A stretch of 64,000 nt of DNA from Camelus ferus (taxonomy: Eukaryota). The position numbers and the translations under genes were made by a program. The stretch is from the NCBI RefSeq assembly GCF_009834535.1, contig NC_045696.1:17610001-17674000 (forward strand), written 5' to 3'. Shown piece by piece: positions 1 through 11,330 of this stretch. The notes beneath the pieces are model-generated. The model saw nothing but the letters and a program-made list of their open reading frames with translations, was not told where the DNA came from and made no database searches. Each line of letters starts with the position of its first letter. Position 1 is the first letter of the stretch.

Positions 1-51
1 CTCTAAACATATTCAATTGATTCTATTTCTCTGGAGAACCCTACTGATACA
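1..51 (+). mobile_element. MLT2 (ERVL) LTR, 3' end, cut by window edge
   Basis: ATTGATTCTATTTCTCTGGAGAACCCTACTGATACA resembles the MLT2 terminus (ATTGGTTCTGTTTCTCTGGAGAACCCTGACTAATACA). Confidence 0.75.
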
Positions 52-356
52 GGGTCTCAAGGATGTTAGACTCCAAGTGTGAAAGTATTTTTGATATAAT
101 ACTATACAACTTTCTCCCATTGTCCATTCTCATGTAGTTCAAAAAATGAAACTCCTATGTTTAAGCACATAAACTGAACACACTAAAGACATGTAAGGAA
201 CTGGATTTATTATTGTGCTGTCCTATTTTATTTTTCTGCCAGTATTTGACTTTGATTATGGATGCCCAAAACTGCATCTGGTTAAATTCGTATTTTGGTG
301 GTAAAATAAATGATTTAATTTAAATTAATTTACACCTTTAAAAATGAACACAGTGA

Positions 357-739
357 GTATAGAAGTCAGGGTTCTTCAGAAAAACATGTATATTTATTTA
401 TTTTAAAGAATTGTCTCATGAAATTGTGCGGTGAAAAAGTCCAAATTTTCATGGCAGTACACAACGCTGAAAATTCTGGAAAGAATTGTTGTATTCCTGA
501 ATCTGAAGACAGTCTGGAGTCAGATTTCCTTCTTTCTTGGAGGATCTCAGTCTTTTCTAGTAAGGACTTCAACTGATAATACACACTATAAAGGTTAATT
601 TGCATTAAAAAAGGCTACTGTTTTAAATGTTCTTCACATCTAGGAAAAATAACTTCACAACAACATCTAAACTGGTATTTTACCAAACAAATGTGCACCA
701 TAGCCTGGTCAAATTGAAACATAAAAATTAATCATTATA
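357..739 (-). mobile_element. MLT2 (C/D-like) solo LTR
   Basis: Begins AGTCAGGGTTCTTCAGAAAAAC and ends CATAGCCTGGTCAAATTGAAACATAAAAATTAATCATTATA, matching both ends of reverse-complemented MLT2. Confidence 0.8.
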
Positions 740-1488
740 GTGAGAAATACTTTTAAATCTTTATTTTAATTGAAATTTTAGATTATCTGACATATACTTT
801 TTATTGAAAAGTTCCATAGTTCCCTAAAAGTAGCAATACTTGTTACTGTTCACTGATCAGTGAGGGAACTGAACACTTAGCAGTTTTCAAGGCTTCATAA
901 TCAATTCATGATATTTGTGTGCTATTTTCCAAAACCTTGAAACCAGATTCAATTCCAAAGTTCACTGTGAAAACGATATTTCAATCAGATAACTTGGGAG
1001 AAGATCATTTTAAAAAATAAGAAAATACATTTTTAATGAAGTGCATGAAACATATCATTATGGCTATTCTCTTTTTGCACTCTAGACTTTAATGCCTATA
1101 AATTGAGATCCATTTTGAAAGGTCATGAAAAACATGAAAGCACAAATCCTGAGTGTTCTAGAGTATTAAAAACCACTCTTTTAGCTTTTTATTCTCTCTC
1201 ATTTCTAAATTGCTTTTCTTGTTTGTTGTTTCCATTTATATTTTTGAAACAATGTCCTTGATATGCTGCTTGCTCAATGGATATTTATCATTGTGTACAA
1301 TAACTTGCAAATTATTGTATTGTTAAATGACTCCTCTGTAGTTTTGCTTTTAATTGAGTTGCAGATGTTAAGCCTGTGAAAGCAATAATACTTCCATTAT
1401 GTTCCATGGAACTGTTCTCAATGAGAAAAATAAGAATTTAGTATATAAAGTTGCATCTACAAAATAAGATTTATTTGCAAGAGATAAA

Positions 1489-1555
1489 CACGTGTATGCA
1501 CGTACACACATATACGTGTAAACACACATTTATGTATATATATACACATATATAT
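1489..1555. repeat. (TA/CA)-rich low-complexity repeat
   Basis: Alternating purine/pyrimidine run ACACACATATACGTGTAAACACACATTTATGTATATATATACACATATATAT. Confidence 0.7.
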
Positions 1556-3259
1556 TTAAATGACTAATATTTTGGCATTTTACATTACAATGACTCTTAA
1601 AATATATGTGACAATTAAGTGTACCTAGAGGCTAGATGAGAAATTCCCTTGTATCTTTTTTTATTCTTGCTAATGTTATGAAGATCAATAGTAAGGATCT
1701 ATTGTATACATTTTTTGTAAAACTTGTAAGTTGCTTCATGAATTTATCGTCTGTATTATGTTTAAATACATGAAAGAAGATTTAAGAATTTTAGTAGATG
1801 AAAGCATTCACTATACTGTCCTTAATGATAATGTTTTAAAAAAATGATCATTATTTAGAACATTGATTTTTTAATTATGTTTTGCCACTATTTCTACTTA
1901 TATGCTGTTTAAATTATTTATAAGATTTATGTAAATTGACTTGACTAATATAAGAAAATAAGGTTGATTCTCAAAACACATTCTTCTACAGCTTTCTGCA
2001 GAGAATATATATTTCAGTACAAATGGTTTAGATTAGATTTTTCCAAAGTTTTGCTCTTCATCCTACAGGATGCTGGCAGTGGGTTGAGGGACATGGTATT
2101 CACTTTATGAGATGCCTCAAGGGTAATTACTGAATCCCAATTCCTACTCTAGATTCTGATGCAGCAACAAATTCTGAGCAGACTTTGTCCAAATTTGCAT
2201 GAAGTCTGTGCATCTTATCAGCTTTTCACTTAGACCTACCTAGGTCTTCTGCCTTTATTTCCTACCAAGGGATTTTTCTAACCTAAAAAATTGACATCCC
2301 TGTTAGAAACCAAACTAACATTAAAACATGTGAACCCAGACATGATAGCAGTTAATCCCCATGGAGCCATCATTGACCTATTTGTAATAGATGTTGAGTG
2401 GATAAATCTTCCCCCTTCCATGCCTCAGGCAGGCAGTCTAAGATGCATTTCATATAGCTCTTCAAAGGGTCACAGTAAGATCTAACACTAGTCAACCATC
2501 ACATAGACCAATTCAGTAACTTATTCTTGTAATATTTTTCTCTTGCTTCTTGTCCCTCAATCCTGGTCCCTTGGATGACTTTCCAAGTATATTCATTATG
2601 CTGCAAAAAAAAAAAAAAATGGCCATTCTATTTCTGGACCAAGTCTAAACCTGCCTTCGAATACTTTCATAAGATACTATATATTAAATATCTTTCAGAA
2701 AATTCATAGAAGACATTTAGAATAATGGGACTTCTAAGAAGTCAAACAGTAAAAAAAATCTTAATTTTTAATTTACTTTATTTAAACAAGAATTTCCCAA
2801 ATTTTTTTTTGACAACAAAGTCTTCCTTTCCTTGACATAATATATATTAACATCTATCACTAAAATGATGTCAATGGCCAGACAACTGATGATGTAATTC
2901 TATTATTCCACTACATCACTAGTTCACTGAACCATGAGACATTTCATCCCTTATCTGAACTTCTATTATATTATATACATTGAGAACCATGACTTTTGCT
3001 GTGAGTTAAGCATATCCTCTCCTATATCCTAGATAAGTCTTTGAGGACGTTATCTAAAAGTGTTCATAATTCTAGTTTTAGTTGCAAACACCAGCTTCAA
3101 AGCTTGGGAAAAGATAATTATTAAAATTAAGTTAAAGAAAAAAGTAGATCATTGAAATATTAATATGTAAAGTCAATTGGAGAGATTAAGAATTAAGACC
3201 ATTTCTGTCCCCAAGAAATTACAAATATTACACAAAATAAAATTTATGTTCACTTGTAC

Positions 3260-3533
3260 TAGATGTTAATGATTCTGTTTCCTTTTCTCCAGACCTACAG
3301 ACAGCTTAGCTTTCTATGCTCCTTCGCAATCGTGTGACTTGCTTTGTCAATGAAATATGAGAATAGTTGATATACTTTACTTCTTTCCATTCCCAATAAT
3401 TGTGGAGCACATGTTGATGTGAAGGAATCATGATCAAAACAGCTTTGATCAAACAAAAACAAGTAAGCTTTTATTAAGTCACTAAAATCCTGGGGTTAGT
3501 TATTGTGGCTTGACCTAGCCTATCTTGACCTAT
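3260..3533 (+). mobile_element. Old MaLR LTR (MLT1H/I/J-like)
   Basis: GTGACTTGCTTTGTCAATGAAATATGAG internally; 3' end TTAAGTCACTAAAATCCTGGGGTTAGTTATTGTGGC...CCTAGCCTATCTTGAC. Confidence 0.6.
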
Positions 3534-3594
3534 GGAATCATTTGAAAGAATGATAGAAGAAATGCAACGAGACCAAACCCGAGGTAACTTCCAA

Positions 3595-3900
3595 ATAAAT
3601 TATTAATTCCTTTCCATGAACATATTTATTGACTATTAATTATGAGACAGGTGTTCTTGTGAGCAACTGCAGTTTGAATGAACAATATTTCTGTTCTCAT
3701 ACAGTTTATTCCTTAGAGAGTCATAGACAATAAACTAATAAATACACAAACCCCAACAAGGTGGCTTTAAAATACTTTTGATTACTAAGGAAAATGACAC
3801 CAGGGACTCTAATGGAAGTGTTGAGGAATCCAGAAGCAGGGAGGTTTAGTTATGCAGGGAAGGCCTCCTGGAGGAAATGTGTGATCTATGAGTAAGAAGT
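3595..3900 (-). mobile_element. L2 3' fragment
   Basis: AACATATTTATTGACTATTAATTATGAGACAGGTG...CTGTTCTCATACAGTTTATTCC...CAGGGAAGGCCTCCTGGAGGA, the reverse-strand L2 3' end pattern. Confidence 0.65.
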
Positions 3901-3924
3901 TACATTCTCTGCTGGAAGGAACTG

Positions 3925-4048
3925 TGCTTCTAGGAGAAATGGCTGATTTTAGGCTGGAGCAGGGGAAATAGGAGATGATCTTGGAGCATCATATAATACC
4001 TGAAAGTAAGGAAGTGCTCAAAAAATATTTTTTTAAAGGATGAAGGCA
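3925..4048 (+). mobile_element. L1MC/L1MD-type 3' UTR fragment
   Basis: CTAGGAGAAATGGCTGATTTTAGGCTGGAGCAGGGGAAATAGGAGATGATCTTGGAGCATC...GAAAGTAAGGAAGTGCTCAAAAAA. Confidence 0.65.
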
Positions 4049-4268
4049 TTCTTTTTTCAGATTCTTTTCCATTATAGGTTATTACAAGATATTTAATATA
4101 CTTTCCCAATTTTTTAATATTGGGCTATTCTTGCAAGACGTATCAGCAAATAGTAGTTCCTACACATATGGCTCAGAAATCCTACTTTTATAAATGGAAG
4201 AATAAGATTAATTTTTTCTTCCTGCTCAAAAATGTACTCCTTCCATTAAATCTACATAGGTATCTTTC

Positions 4269-4975
4269 AGTCTCTTGAGGAGATCCATCTCCTCTCCCTG
4301 CCCATCAAGTAATCTGAGATCATTGAATTCTTCCTGGACGTGTTCCTCAAGAAGGAAGTTTTGATGATTATAGCCATGCAGAAGCAGACCCACACTGGCC
4401 AGCAGACCAGATTGAAGGCATTTATCACCGTCAGGGATTACATCTGACAACATGCCAGTCCAGGTGTTAAGAGATAGCCACTGCAATTTGTGGGGCCTTC
4501 ATCCTGGCCAAAGTCTCCATAATCCCCGTGCAGCAAGACCACTGGGGGAACAAGATTGGCAAGGCCCACACATCCCCTCGCAAGGTGCCTGGCTGTTGTG
4601 GCTCTGTGCACCACTGTGCTGGTGCACCACTTCCCCACCCCCAGGGGCACTGGCAGAGTCTCAGTCCCTGTGCCCAAGAGATTGCTGATGATGGCTAGTA
4701 TCAATGACTGCTGCATCTTGGCCAGGGCCTGCACTGCCACCCGGGACAACTTCGCCAAGTTCACTTTCCATGCCATCTCTAAGGCATACAGCTATCCCAT
4801 TCCAACCTCAGGAGCAAGACCGTGTTCACCAAGTCTCCCTATCAAGAATTCACTGACCATCTTACGGAATACCCACACCACAGTCCACATGTAGAGAACC
4901 CAGGCTCTAGCTGTGGCCACTGCTATTTTTTTATATAAGAAAAATAAAGTAAATTAAGCTTGTTTAAAAAATAAA
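4269..4975 (+). pseudogene. RPS2: Processed pseudogene of 40S ribosomal protein S2 (uS5), 5'-truncated
   Basis: Intronless. Translates [21 protein letters not shown]...[78 protein letters not shown], all matching RPS2. Premature TAA at 4310-4312 plus frameshifts. RPS2-like 3' UTR with AATAAA at 4943-4948 and an A-rich tail. Confidence 0.97.
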
Positions 4976-6245
4976 TCCCCCCCCAAATTTAAGTCACTAT
5001 GCCAAATCTAAATAGAAGTGGGTTAAAATGAGTTATGTTGTGTTATTATTGTTGAATATTAAAATGAATGTGGTCTTTTGTTCACTTTAGACATGATATT
5101 TAAGTAGGAGTACAATTCAAAATAACAAAAATCTAAGATAAATTGTCTGTAAACAAAACCAAAGAATGTTTGGCAAACTAGTAAATTTAGACTACTGGGG
5201 AGGGAGAGAAAGCAAATTTTTAAATCATAGTGAATAGAACCTAATTTAATGTAAGACATTATTCAAAATTGGGTTGCTGGGCCCTTAGGTCTGTAACTCA
5301 AGTTCATTGACATCTACAACATTGTGCAACCATATTCTTCATATGTTTAGGCAGTGAAACAGCAAATAGTTGATAGTAAATGTGATTAATTTTAAGGAAT
5401 CATGTATCAATTTAATAATTTTAGTTTCAATAAATAGAATTTAAATATGAAATAATTAGCTTTTTTCCTCTATGTGTGTTAATTCCTCTTCAAATCAGTT
5501 AATTTTAGGGAAGTCTTTAGTATCTTTGTTGATCTTCTGATGTCATCCTACAGCATTTTCTACATGATAAGAATTTTGATAACAGTGTGAAACTCAACAG
5601 CATTAGAAATCTTTTAAATGTAAATTAAATAGCTAAAGTTGGCTTCCAAAATCATTGAGGTTGTACTTTTCTAGGTATTCCCTTGCTTATAGAAGATTCT
5701 AATCACACTGAAATCATCTAGCAAGATATAATTTGGATGTGTTTCTAAAACCTTTATTCTTCCCCCACTTCCACTGTGGCTACCATACATGATACACATT
5801 TGTAGAGAAATTGGGATGTACCAGTCCTAATTTATGTAGAGAGTGAATTTTCAAAGATTAACTCTGACATGTCCTCTGCATTCATTTGCAAAATGATGCT
5901 TTTAATTACTTAGTTGAGGCAGTGAGCAAGGAAAACTGAACCTAGTTTTCTAGTGTTCTAACTTAAGCCTTCAAAAATTTACTATTTATTTTGAGCTACT
6001 ATAAGCCCTGGAAAAATTCATGCATGTTCAATAAACATGGGCATACAACAAAAATAAAACTAGTTTTTGGACTACCTTCTCCTTTGAGTACTTGTACTAC
6101 TACAATAGATTTTGAATTCTTGACCACAATGAAAATATTATCTGATGGATTAAGACTTAAAGCATCTTAATATTCATCCTATAGATTAAATTAATTTAAA
6201 ACATTGTTTTAAGGTTTGTAGCCACTATAATATTATTTTGTTACT

Positions 6246-6440
6246 TTTTTTTATTGAAGTATAGTTGATTTACAATGTTTCAGGTATACAGCAAAATGAT
6301 TCAGTTATACATATATTTATAAACCTATTCTTTTTCAGATTCTTTTCCATAATAGGTTATTATAAGATATTGAATATAGTTCCCTGTGCTATACAGTAGT
6401 CTTTTTTGTTTATCTATTTTGTATATGTTAATCCCAAACT
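6246..6440 (-). mobile_element. L1 3' end (cetartiodactyl type)
   Basis: Poly-T then ATTGAAGTATAGTTGATTTACAATG...AAGATATTGAATATAGTTCCCTGTGCTATACAGTAG. Confidence 0.9.
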
Positions 6441-6876
6441 TTGTAATATTCTTAGAGGATTATAGGTCAACTAAAATGTTGTGATTTCAAAAGCATGTTC
6501 CATGCAAATGTTTTTCATACAGGTTTTAAACAATAGGTGTTTATATATATGAATAAACCATTCCTGGGAGGAATTTGTCTTTGCTGCCTTTTTTGGAAAA
6601 TAGTTAAATATCCTTATTTAAGTCTAAAATAGATTCTCTCTTAAAACCTCAAATATCCATTTAACTAAAACATATATTTTAATAACTGATATTTCAAAAT
6701 GAACAAGATTGGACTTACAGGCTGTAATCAAAGTCTTTCGAGAACTCAAATTGAATACTTTTATGGTTACATTGAAGAAATAATTCCATAAAATCTATAT
6801 CTAATTAAGTATTTACTATGAAGATGCCTTTCCTATGAAAAAGATGTAATACTTGTTTTAAGTATAGTGCAGTCCA

Positions 6877-7406
6877 AGATGACTGGAGAAAAAAATTGTG
6901 GTATATTTATACAATGGAATACTACTCAGCCATAAAAAATAATAAAATAATGCCATTTGCAGCAACATGGATGGACCTGGAGATTGTCATTCTTAGTGAA
7001 ATAAGCCAGAAAGAGAAAGAAACATACTGTATGATATCACTTATATGTGGAATCAAAAAAACTAAAAAGACAAGCAAACTTATTTGCGAAACAGAAACAG
7101 ACTCTCAGACATAGAGAACAAACTTATGGTCACCAGTGCAGAAAGAGGGTAGGAGGGGATAAATTGGGAGTTAGAGATTTGCAGATACTAACTGATCAAT
7201 TTTATAATAGATAAACAACAATTTCATGCTGTATAGTGCAGGGAACTATATTTGATATCTTGTAGTAACTTATGGTGAAAAAGAACATGAAAATGAATAT
7301 ACATATGTTCACATATGACTGAAGCATTGTGCTGTACACCAGAAATTGACACACCATTGTAAACTGACTATACTTCAAGAAAATATTTATATATACAAAA
7401 AGAAAG
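6877..7406 (+). mobile_element. 5'-truncated L1: ORF2 C-terminus, 3' UTR and A-rich tail
   Basis: ORF 6896-7114 (WYIYTMEYYSAIKNNKIMPFAATWMDLEIVILSEISQ) is the L1 ORF2 C-terminus. Degenerate TSD ATAGTGCAGTCCA (6864-6876) / ATAGAGCAATCCA (7407-7419). Confidence 0.95.
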
Positions 7407-8049
7407 ATAGAGCAATCCAAATTCTTAAATGACAAAGTAATTTTCAATATAGCCCATATTCTTGAGATTGAAATATTTTAGTTGAATTTATTTTACCCAG
7501 AGGTTCAGGTCTAGTACACTGTAATTTGTGAAGGTCCCAAACGGAAGGACAGACGTACCTAGTTGAGCAATATTATAATTAATTTTTTATATAAAAGATA
7601 TTCTAGAGATGAAAAGAGAGCTACAACCTGAAAACTTATAATTATTCTGTTACCTTTATCCGCCCACTCATTGTGATATAATCACAGCATGGGAAAGTCT
7701 GGACTATGGGCTATATTGAATAGATATTGCATCTTCTACAGAGTATCATTTTCCTTAAGCCAAATATTTTAAAGGAATTCTTTACTCAGAAACTGGTCCA
7801 TATTTCCTATTAATTAATACTATCTAGATAAAATACATGGCTATTGCTTTTGAAAATTGCTAAATTTACAAATACAACTTTCATTTTCTGCTTATTTTTA
7901 ATGTTTTGTTAGAATTGGAGAAGAAACTTTCTGTACATTAGCTTCTAGTTTCAAATGGAACATTTGCACAACTAAATATGGGTTCTGTATTGCTATATAA
8001 TTCATAATCATTCATTTTTTGGTAGGCATAGCAAAAACAGTGGTGGAGA

Positions 8050-8268
8050 CAACATTTATTACATAAGGTTTTTACTGCATGGCCAGCAGTCTTTCTTTTT
8101 TAATCCCTACACACTACTATGAGTAAGTTTTCCTGTTACTCCCATTTTACAGATGAGGAAGTTGAAATTAAGAGTTCAGCTGAACAATGTCGCAAACCAA
8201 TAAGTGATGGAGCTAAGATTTGAACCCATGTTTAAATTGCCAAAGTTCTTGTTCTTAAGCTCTACTCT
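8050..8268 (-). mobile_element. MIR SINE
   Basis: Core CCCATTTTACAGATGAGGAAGTTGA and GGAGCTAAGATTTGAACCCATG. Confidence 0.85.
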
Positions 8269-9377
8269 CTTCCTGATAGAAACTTTTATGGAAGCCATTG
8301 CTAATAAGTTTGATGAAATAAATTACATTAGAGAATCTGGTAATTAAAAGTAGAAAACAGGAGGAAGAAAGCCAGGCAAGTTGGTAAAATGGGGTTGGAC
8401 CCACTATTGGGGAAAAAAGCCAATACTTACTGACATCCTCTTACAGCGCAGATGATGGAGAGCCATTTCTCATAATGCTGATTCACTGGTTTAGTACTTT
8501 CTCTGTGAATTAACTTGAAATAACTTCCTACAGTCTTGAAAGAGCCATCAGACAATTGCTTCTTGCAAAAATGTAGAAGTAAAACATGCAATTTTAAATA
8601 TTAAAGAGAATTACATCCATAACAATAGTGTCTTCAGAAAATTGTTTAGGAAAAATGCCAATACAGTGAGTGTCTTTTATTTCTGACCTAAGCACCATAT
8701 ATTAAATCATTACTAGGCTCATTTTATTTTTCTGTGATATTTTAGAAACACTTCTAAGATGAAGAGTATAAATTATGTTTTCCTACATAGAGTCAAAAAT
8801 TAAAGGTTATATTTTTCATGCATGAATAACACAATTGCAGTGTCTTTTAAGTAAAAAAAAAATAGAAGTGGCACAGCTTGGAGAAGAAATGTCAAGATGT
8901 CATGATCTGACAATAATAACACAATGATAGACTGAGTGGCATTTACAGTTGTATTGGCAAGTACAGTTATCTCATATTGTCAAACTAACAAACTGAATTA
9001 CTACCCAGGCTGCCAACATATTACTTAACCCCCAGAAACCCCATAGTAATTCTCTATTCTGTTAAGTATTAGAAAAAGGAGGCCACACAATTTTTGATAA
9101 TGTGAGGGAACTGGTCACACACACTTACACACAGGCTTACATATATAGATATGGATTGAATTTAGATTGAGAAAAATAAAAAGAGGGAAACTTAAATTCA
9201 ATATAAATTCTCTAAAACGTGAACAAGAGCAAGATGATATCTCCTGATTCCTCCATGTTTTGAATTAAACTCATATAAGAGGGTTAAAGTCACATAAATT
9301 TGATAGATTTAATCATTCAAGTGTGATCAGATTTTTTTTTTTTTAGTGTAAGTATTGGTACATATGCTGATGGCTCC

Positions 9378-9617
9378 TGTTATGGGCTGAATGTTTGTGT
9401 TCCTGCACCCCATGCCACAAATTCACATGTTGAAGCTGTAATCCCCAAAGTGATGGTATCTGGAGGTGAGACTTTCAGGAGACAATTGGGTTTAGTTAAA
9501 GCTTTGAGAATGGATTCCCCACGGTGGGATTAGTTCCTTTATAAGACAAGGAAGAAATCAGAACCCTCTCAGTCTCTGTCATGTGAAGGTACAGCAAGAA
9601 GGAAGCCATCTACAAAG
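9378..9617 (+). mobile_element. MLT1A-like MaLR LTR, 3'-truncated
   Basis: TGTTATGGGCTGAATGTTTGTGTTCC...AAATTCACATGTTGAAGCTGTAATCCCCAAAGTGATGGTATCTGGAGGTG. Confidence 0.85.
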
Positions 9618-9800
9618 GTCCTGAGTTAAGAGAGATGAAGCCTGGTGTGTGACTCATGCCTGAGAAAGCCATGGCAACCCTGGAGCACGGAAGAGGGTGC
9701 TGCCTAGAATTTATGGGGACAAGGGATGCATGAGTATCTCTGTGAACTAGATGTGGACCATGAAGGAGGGAATTAATGTAAAGTCCACTTAGATATTTCC

Positions 9801-10870
9801 CAAGGTTGGCTACATCATTTGTGATGCCCTATACAAAATAAAAATGTAAGCCCCTTTAAAAAAAAAAAAAAAAGCAGGACTTTTTTTCCTTTATTCTATA
9901 GTCTCTCCACCTTTTGTGGTAGGCAGAATAATAGTCCTCCCTAAAATGTCCTTCTTCTAATCCTGGGAACCTATGAATATATTAGATTACAAAGCTAAAG
10001 GGAATTAACATTGTAAATCAGCTGACCTTCAAATGGTGGGTGGGAGGAGATTATCCTAGACTCTATACTTGGGACCAATGTCATCTCAAAAGATCCTTAA
10101 ATGTGGAAGAGGAAAACATAAGTATCAGTGTCAGAATAAGAAAGACATGACAGGCCATTGCTGGCTTTGAAGATGGAAGGGGCTACCAGCCAAGGCAGGA
10201 AGACAGCCACTAGAAGGTGGACAAGACAAGAAAACTGATTCTACATTAGAGTTTCCATTAAGAAGGACAGCTCTGTAAACTCCTTGAGATCGATTTTTAA
10301 CTTCTAAATTACAGAACTGTAAGATAATAAATTTGTGTTGTTTTAAACCATTAGGTTTACTGTAAGTTTTTATGGCATCAAATTGGAAACCAGTACCTCT
10401 CTCATGGTAGTTTTATTTACTATTTAACACCATACTCCCTTGGTTGTGGGGATATCTGCAAGGTGAGTGCAGACCCTATTAGGTGCCTGGGCTGTGCCCC
10501 ACAGTCCAGCATGCACAGTGTGTGCACCCCATCTTGACCTTTTATACTACCACCGCCAGACCTCTGACCAGAGATGAAAAGGGACAGCAGTTGCTGGGTG
10601 GGAGTTGGGTAGTGGGCAGCCAAGAAGCCATCCTTAGAGAGGCAGGGAGATGGCAGAAGACCCAGTTGCATTTGAGCACAGGCCCTAAGCCTCCTCTGAG
10701 CGCTCCATCATCCCACCTAATTTCACTTAGCAAAGCAGATAGAAAGATAACATTACTGAACATATCTAGACAGCAAATGGAGAGCACTGAACCTCAAATA
10801 TGAAGTCCCTTTCTGAGTGTGGAAACCTCTGCTGCTGCACCCTATGCACAAGTCCGTGAAGATAATCCTG
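9801..10870 (+). mobile_element. MER45-family hAT-Tip100 DNA transposon, interrupted by MLT1D
   Basis: 5' end CAAGGTTGGCTACATCATTTGTGATGCCCTATACAAAATAAAAATG; resumes after 10397 (CATGGTAGTTTTATTTACTATTTAA...GAGTGCAGACCCT); 3' end GCACAAGTCCGTGAAGATAATCCTG. Confidence 0.75.
9915..10397 (+). mobile_element. MLT1D solo LTR nested in MER45
   Basis: TGTGGTAGGCAGAATAAT...TTGCTGGCTTTGAAGATGGAAGGGG...CAGAACTGTAAGATAATAAATTTGTGTTGTTTTAAACCA...GGAAACCAGTAC. Confidence 0.9.
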
Positions 10871-11029
10871 GTCTTTATTTAGGGAATAAATCACAAGGGC
10901 AATGAGACTCTGAACCTAACAGTGAATCCTGGATTCCCTGGGACTGCGAGAGGGGTCAAAATTTTCAACTCAGAAGATAGATGCATTGGAACTGTGAGTG
11001 AACTGTGGAACTGTGAGTGACTCAGCCTA

Positions 11030-11330
11030 ACTTCTACCAGCTGCATACCCAGCAGGAATGATTCTGAACACAAATATTTATATGGAAGATGATCTCAGAA
11101 AAAAACTGGTAGGGTAGTGAGGAAGTCAGGGAAGGGAAGGAATCCAATGAGGTTATGTTAAGAGCAGGTTATCACTCTAGGTAATTAGACATTAGTCCTC
11201 TTGGGGGTAATCAGGAGACTATGTGGAACAAACATCAGACATGTCTCTCACGTGGATGAGAAAAATGGAATCGTTATCTATCCACTGATGTCACTGAATA
11301 CAGGTTTCTCCCTTCCTCTGGCATGCTTCT
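11030..11330 (-). mobile_element. ERVL LTR (LTR33/LTR16-like) fragment
   Basis: GGTAGGGTAGTGAGGAAGTCAGGGAAGGGAAGGAATCCAATGAGG...GAGCAGGTTATCACT. Confidence 0.6.

Noticed and set aside
2884..2930. TGATGA...CTGA with a small inverted repeat as a C/D snoRNA (similar motif near 40855)
   Set aside because: Box spacing is too short, there is no terminal stem or recognisable guide, and such motifs arise by chance.
4226..4894. Four ORFs over 4226-4894 as real genes
   Set aside because: All are frame fragments or antisense shadows of the RPS2 pseudogene, which has stops and frameshifts.
6896..7114. 72-aa ORF MWYIYTMEYYSAIK...
   Set aside because: It is the C-terminus of L1 ORF2 in a 5'-truncated copy.
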